Of a stretch of DNA of 64,000 nt, positions 60,022-64,000 are shown piece by piece (the stretch's first letter is position 1; each line of letters starts with the position of its first letter). Under the pieces are notes generated by a model that made no database searches, was not told the DNA's origin, and saw only the letters and a program-made list of their open reading frames with translations. The position numbers and the translations under genes were made by a program. The stretch is taken from assembly GCA_964016885.1 (NCBI GenBank), contig OZ024742.1, positions 188,790,001 through 188,854,000 of the forward strand, given 5' to 3'. The stretch is from Eledone cirrhosa. Its lineage: Eukaryota.

Positions 60022-60025
<4 letters not shown>
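59881..60025 (-). mobile_element. family A tail with 3' half of an HHR
   Basis: Truncated at the same TAGTCCAGA point as 31160 and 32450. Confidence 0.75.
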
Positions 60026-60078
<53 letters not shown>

Positions 60079-60297
60079 CGTTCCTGAATTTGTTTAGCAA
60101 GATTCTTTATCTGAAATCGTGTGTTGAAACCGATATTGTTATACTTTGGGAGGGTCATGTTGCCAATAAGAAACACACGCACCAGTTGTTTCACTTCAAT
60201 TTATTATATATTTATAAATTTATAAATTTACAAATCTACAAACTTATAAATTTCTGGTTGGTTGGTTGGTTCCACAACCAGATAGTTGTTTATATAT

Positions 60298-60342
60298 AGT
60301 CACAGTCCTTTCGTCACACACTCTGTGACCTCTTCAGTGACT
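60298..60342 (-). ncRNA. PLE 3' hammerhead (CUG at the cleavage triplet)
   Basis: Same as 25159-25203 except position 17 is G. Confidence 0.65.
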
Positions 60343-60549
60343 GGGGATTCCCTCTTTGTTTCTGTGCCTTTCCTTTCTTCTGTCCTACGCCATTTTGTTT
60401 CTGTGTGTGTGTTGTGTGCTCAGTTTGCGCATGCGCCACATCCGGGTGTCTGTGTGTGTTTGTGTTCATTTATATATTTGTTTATTTATTTATTTATTTA
60501 TTGTTGGTTGGTTGTTTGTTCTATGTGTGTGTGTGTTTTCATTTTGTCC

Positions 60550-61195
60550 TTAATTGTAAGTTGTGATGTTGCTGTTCCACTCATATTTTCTATTTAATTT
60601 TGGTTGTAATTCTTTTATGCTTACTGCCTCTGTAATATGCCTAAACATTGCATCTTTTCTGTGTGTGGATTCTATTTTTATTTCTATGTTCTCTAATTTA
60701 CCCCTGTGTTCTATCTTAGCATGTTGGTAGAGCACAGATGATTCTTTATTATCTTGAAGGTCTCGCCAGTGTTCATTTATTCGTTCCCCTATACTACGAG
60801 CTGTCTCACCTATGTACACTATATTTTTGTTTCTACATCGTCCTTCAGTACATCTTATGCTATACACTACATTTCTAGTTTTACAGTTAATATGGGGGCT
60901 TATTTTACAGGTTATACATTACTTATCTATACATGAGGGTCTTTGGAACGGGTATGTCTTGCTAATAAGTGTTTTTACGGAGGTACCTGGTCTTTCTACT
61001 ATCTTAATATTGAGTTTATGTCTATTTAGAGCCCTTCTAAATTTGTAGGCTAGTTCGCCTCTAGGGTTTGCATTGATGAACATTACACTCTGGTATTTAT
61101 TGCTATCATACCATGAGTTTATTCTATTGGCCTTGTTCCTAGTTCTTTCTATTCTATTCCAAAAGTTCCTAGTTCTTTCTATTCTATTCCAAAAG
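60550..61195 (-). pseudogene. PLE ORF C-terminus: Cys-rich linker plus GIY-YIG endonuclease
   Basis: SWYDSNKYQSVMFINANPRGEL...IKIVERPG...PSCIDK*CITC...NCKTRNVVYSIRCTEGRC...YIGETARS; one in-frame TAA at 60919-60921 joins the two listed ORFs. Confidence 0.9.
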
Positions 61196-61357
61196 TTGGA
61201 ACCAACCAACCAACCAGAAATTTATAAGTTTGTAGATTTGTAAATTTATAAATTTATAAATATATAATAAATTGAAGTGAAAGCAACTGGTGCGTGTGTT
61301 TCTTATTGGCAACATGACCCTCCCAAGTATAACAATATATATATATATATATATATA

Positions 61358-61668
<311 letters not shown>

Positions 61669-62272
61669 ATATATGTGTATGTGTGTGTATAGGTTTATAT
61701 ATGGCGGAAAAAATGTTCATAGGCTTAGTTATAGAATAGTTATTTCTTTGGAATGATATATTGTCAACCTGATCTAATGGGATGATTACCTTTGTCTCGG
61801 TAATGTAGGTTCTGAGGGATAATATCTCTTTTAAAAACATCTCTAGCTTAATATACGACACGTGGGACAATAGTATCAAGTGCCTCAATCATTCGTAGAG
61901 TTCACCATATTGTTCTCTGTTAATCCATCAGGCCTTTAATCCCGCAGATCTCCCTCTCTATTTCTCTATCTTCCTTTGATTATCTGTATCTCACCCTTTC
62001 CTGCCTCTCCATTTCGGCAAAGACTACTTTAGTTGAATACATTTCATATTAAATGCCCAAACCCCATTTTGTTGGCTTAAATAATAATGATATTCGCAAT
62101 GAAGTGTCTGGGGACAGACAATCAAACACAGAAATGAATGGTTACATATACACTATACAGATACATTAAGAGTATCGAAAACTATGTGTATTATGAATAT
62201 ATGTGTGTGTGGGTTTGGATGTGTATGTATCTGTATATATATAAACAATATATATATATATATATATATACA

Positions 62273-62346
<74 letters not shown>

Positions 62347-62621
62347 AAGTAATAGAGTCCCCGGTGTTTAGACCGGGGAGACCACTAATAATGAGAGTAC
62401 TCACTTCATGGAGAGATGTAGAGTAGGTATAGTGATATGTAAAATCCTGGCCACAGTGCCGAACGCTTTCGGGATTTTACGCCGAGACCACTTGGACTGC
62501 TGTTGGTTAATGACCAGTAAGACCATCATTCAACTTAGTGAACTGTACTTATGAGAAGTGGATTTTAAATTACAGTTTCGATAGTAAAATGAAAAGCGAG
62601 CTTATCTATATCACAACATTC

Positions 62622-62700
<79 letters not shown>

Positions 62701-62833
62701 GAGTTAAACAAGAGTCAATGAGTATATCAAAGAATCAGTTTTACAGTTGATTGGAAGCACTCTACGAAAATTAATTCCAGAGTTATTAATATTAAAATAC
62801 AAATATTAATAAAATAGATGTTCTTTTGATTAA

Positions 62834-62894
62834 TTACATTTTATTATACATATTTCGGAGGTACAACAGTACGTCCTCATCAGACAAAATATAA
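62834..62894 (-). ncRNA. type I hammerhead ribozyme, homolog of 39907
   Basis: ttatattttgt-CTGATGA-GGAcGTAC tgtt GTACcTCC-GAAA-TATGTA-TA-ataaaatgtaa. Confidence 0.85.
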
Positions 62895-64000
62895 TGATAC
62901 ATGACATACCCTGAGATGTTAAATGGTTAAGATTTAATCAAGCTAGTGATTAACCTAAGAGAAAATTCAACATTTATACCCTAATAATGAGAAAATGCGA
63001 AAACGTAATAAATTCAATAGAGAATGTGTGAGTAAGAAAAACGTTGGTTAATGTGACAGCTATAGAGATTTTAAAATGTAGGATACTAAAGTTATGTTTA
63101 TCTAGGAAAACATCTCATGAATTATAACGGTCAATGAGGGCCGCTGAGAGGGGATTTAGAGAAAGAGAAAGATAAAGGGGGGTAATATATGCAGAAAGAG
63201 ATTTTTTCCGAAAGCTAAACGGTTAACTTTCAAAATATTTTATTTATGTTATTTTAGGGTGAAGAATCAAGATTTTAGGTTTTTTTAAAAGTTGCTGGTT
63301 ATTTATATTTATTAGTTTTATAAATTCTATAAGTGTGTTAACATTTCTAAACTTCTGAATTTTATGAGGATAATATTTACAGGATGTACCTGGCCAGCGA
63401 AAGGAAAATTTACACTGTTTAATATTTTCCTAAATGTAAACTTTAACGAAGGTAATCTATAAAAATGTCAACATTTTCGGTATGTAAAGCTTATGAAGTA
63501 CTTATTGTTAGAAATATTTAAATAACGATTATGTATATAGATATATATTAATGAGCCAGTATATTTTAGGTAAATAATAAAGAATATAAAATAATAGATT
63601 GAAGCATGCTAAAGTTAAATATATACCTATATATAACAGGGTGTTTATTCATAGTTCAAAATAAATAATAATCTAGAAATTTAGAAGTTATCTAAAAATT
63701 ATGTATAGAGAGATACAGGGAGGTATATATAGATATATATTAAGTATTAGTGATACAGTATACTTTAGGTAAATGATAACGATTATAATCTTATATAAAT
63801 GATTTCGACGTGTTACAGTTAAATACATACATATATATAAGAAAAACAATAATAAATACATGGATAATTTAGAGTTCAAAATAAGGTCCATAATAATTTA
63901 TAGTTTGGATATTTGCTCTATATTTGAATTATGGATATAAAAATACGGTAGGTATATTTAAAAACTTACAAAAGATAATTACATACATATTATAAATAAA

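Larger units (their letters stand above)
60076..61335 (-). mobile_element. 5'-truncated Penelope-like element with an inverted copy of its own 3' tail (61196-61335), TA on both sides
   Basis: Near-identical to 24660-25366; linker plus GIY-YIG ORF. Confidence 0.92.

Noticed and set aside
60919-60921. In-frame stop in a Cys-rich PLE linker as selenocysteine recoding
   Set aside because: The codon is TAA, not TGA, and the EN is C-terminal; most likely a nonsense mutation

Overview
Eukaryotic, very AT-rich, microsatellite-saturated DNA ((TA)n, (CA)n, (GA)n). The repeat content suggests an invertebrate, probably a cephalopod (inference only). No intact host gene is evident; there is one weak candidate coding exon at 1236-1428 (-). 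Most ORFs in the track are microsatellite artefacts. Mobile-element remnants: Penelope-like elements (PLEs) with a C-terminal GIY-YIG endonuclease (24546-25366, 60076-61335), LINE/RTE 3' fragments, tRNA-derived SINEs, a non-autonomous Helitron and two mariner-type MITEs. The main hidden signal, found by reading both strands by eye, is about 30 type-I hammerhead ribozyme (HHR) motifs, intact or decayed, from more than ten sequence families. They include U3-A8 core variants and versions with very long stem II. They sit typically ~40-220 nt upstream of element 3' ends that abut (TA)n tracts. Many lie in fold-back insertions whose two arms both point their 3' tails outward, and the fold-back point often lies at or near the ribozyme. 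Coordinates were counted by hand and may be off by a few bases; no folding or database search was run.
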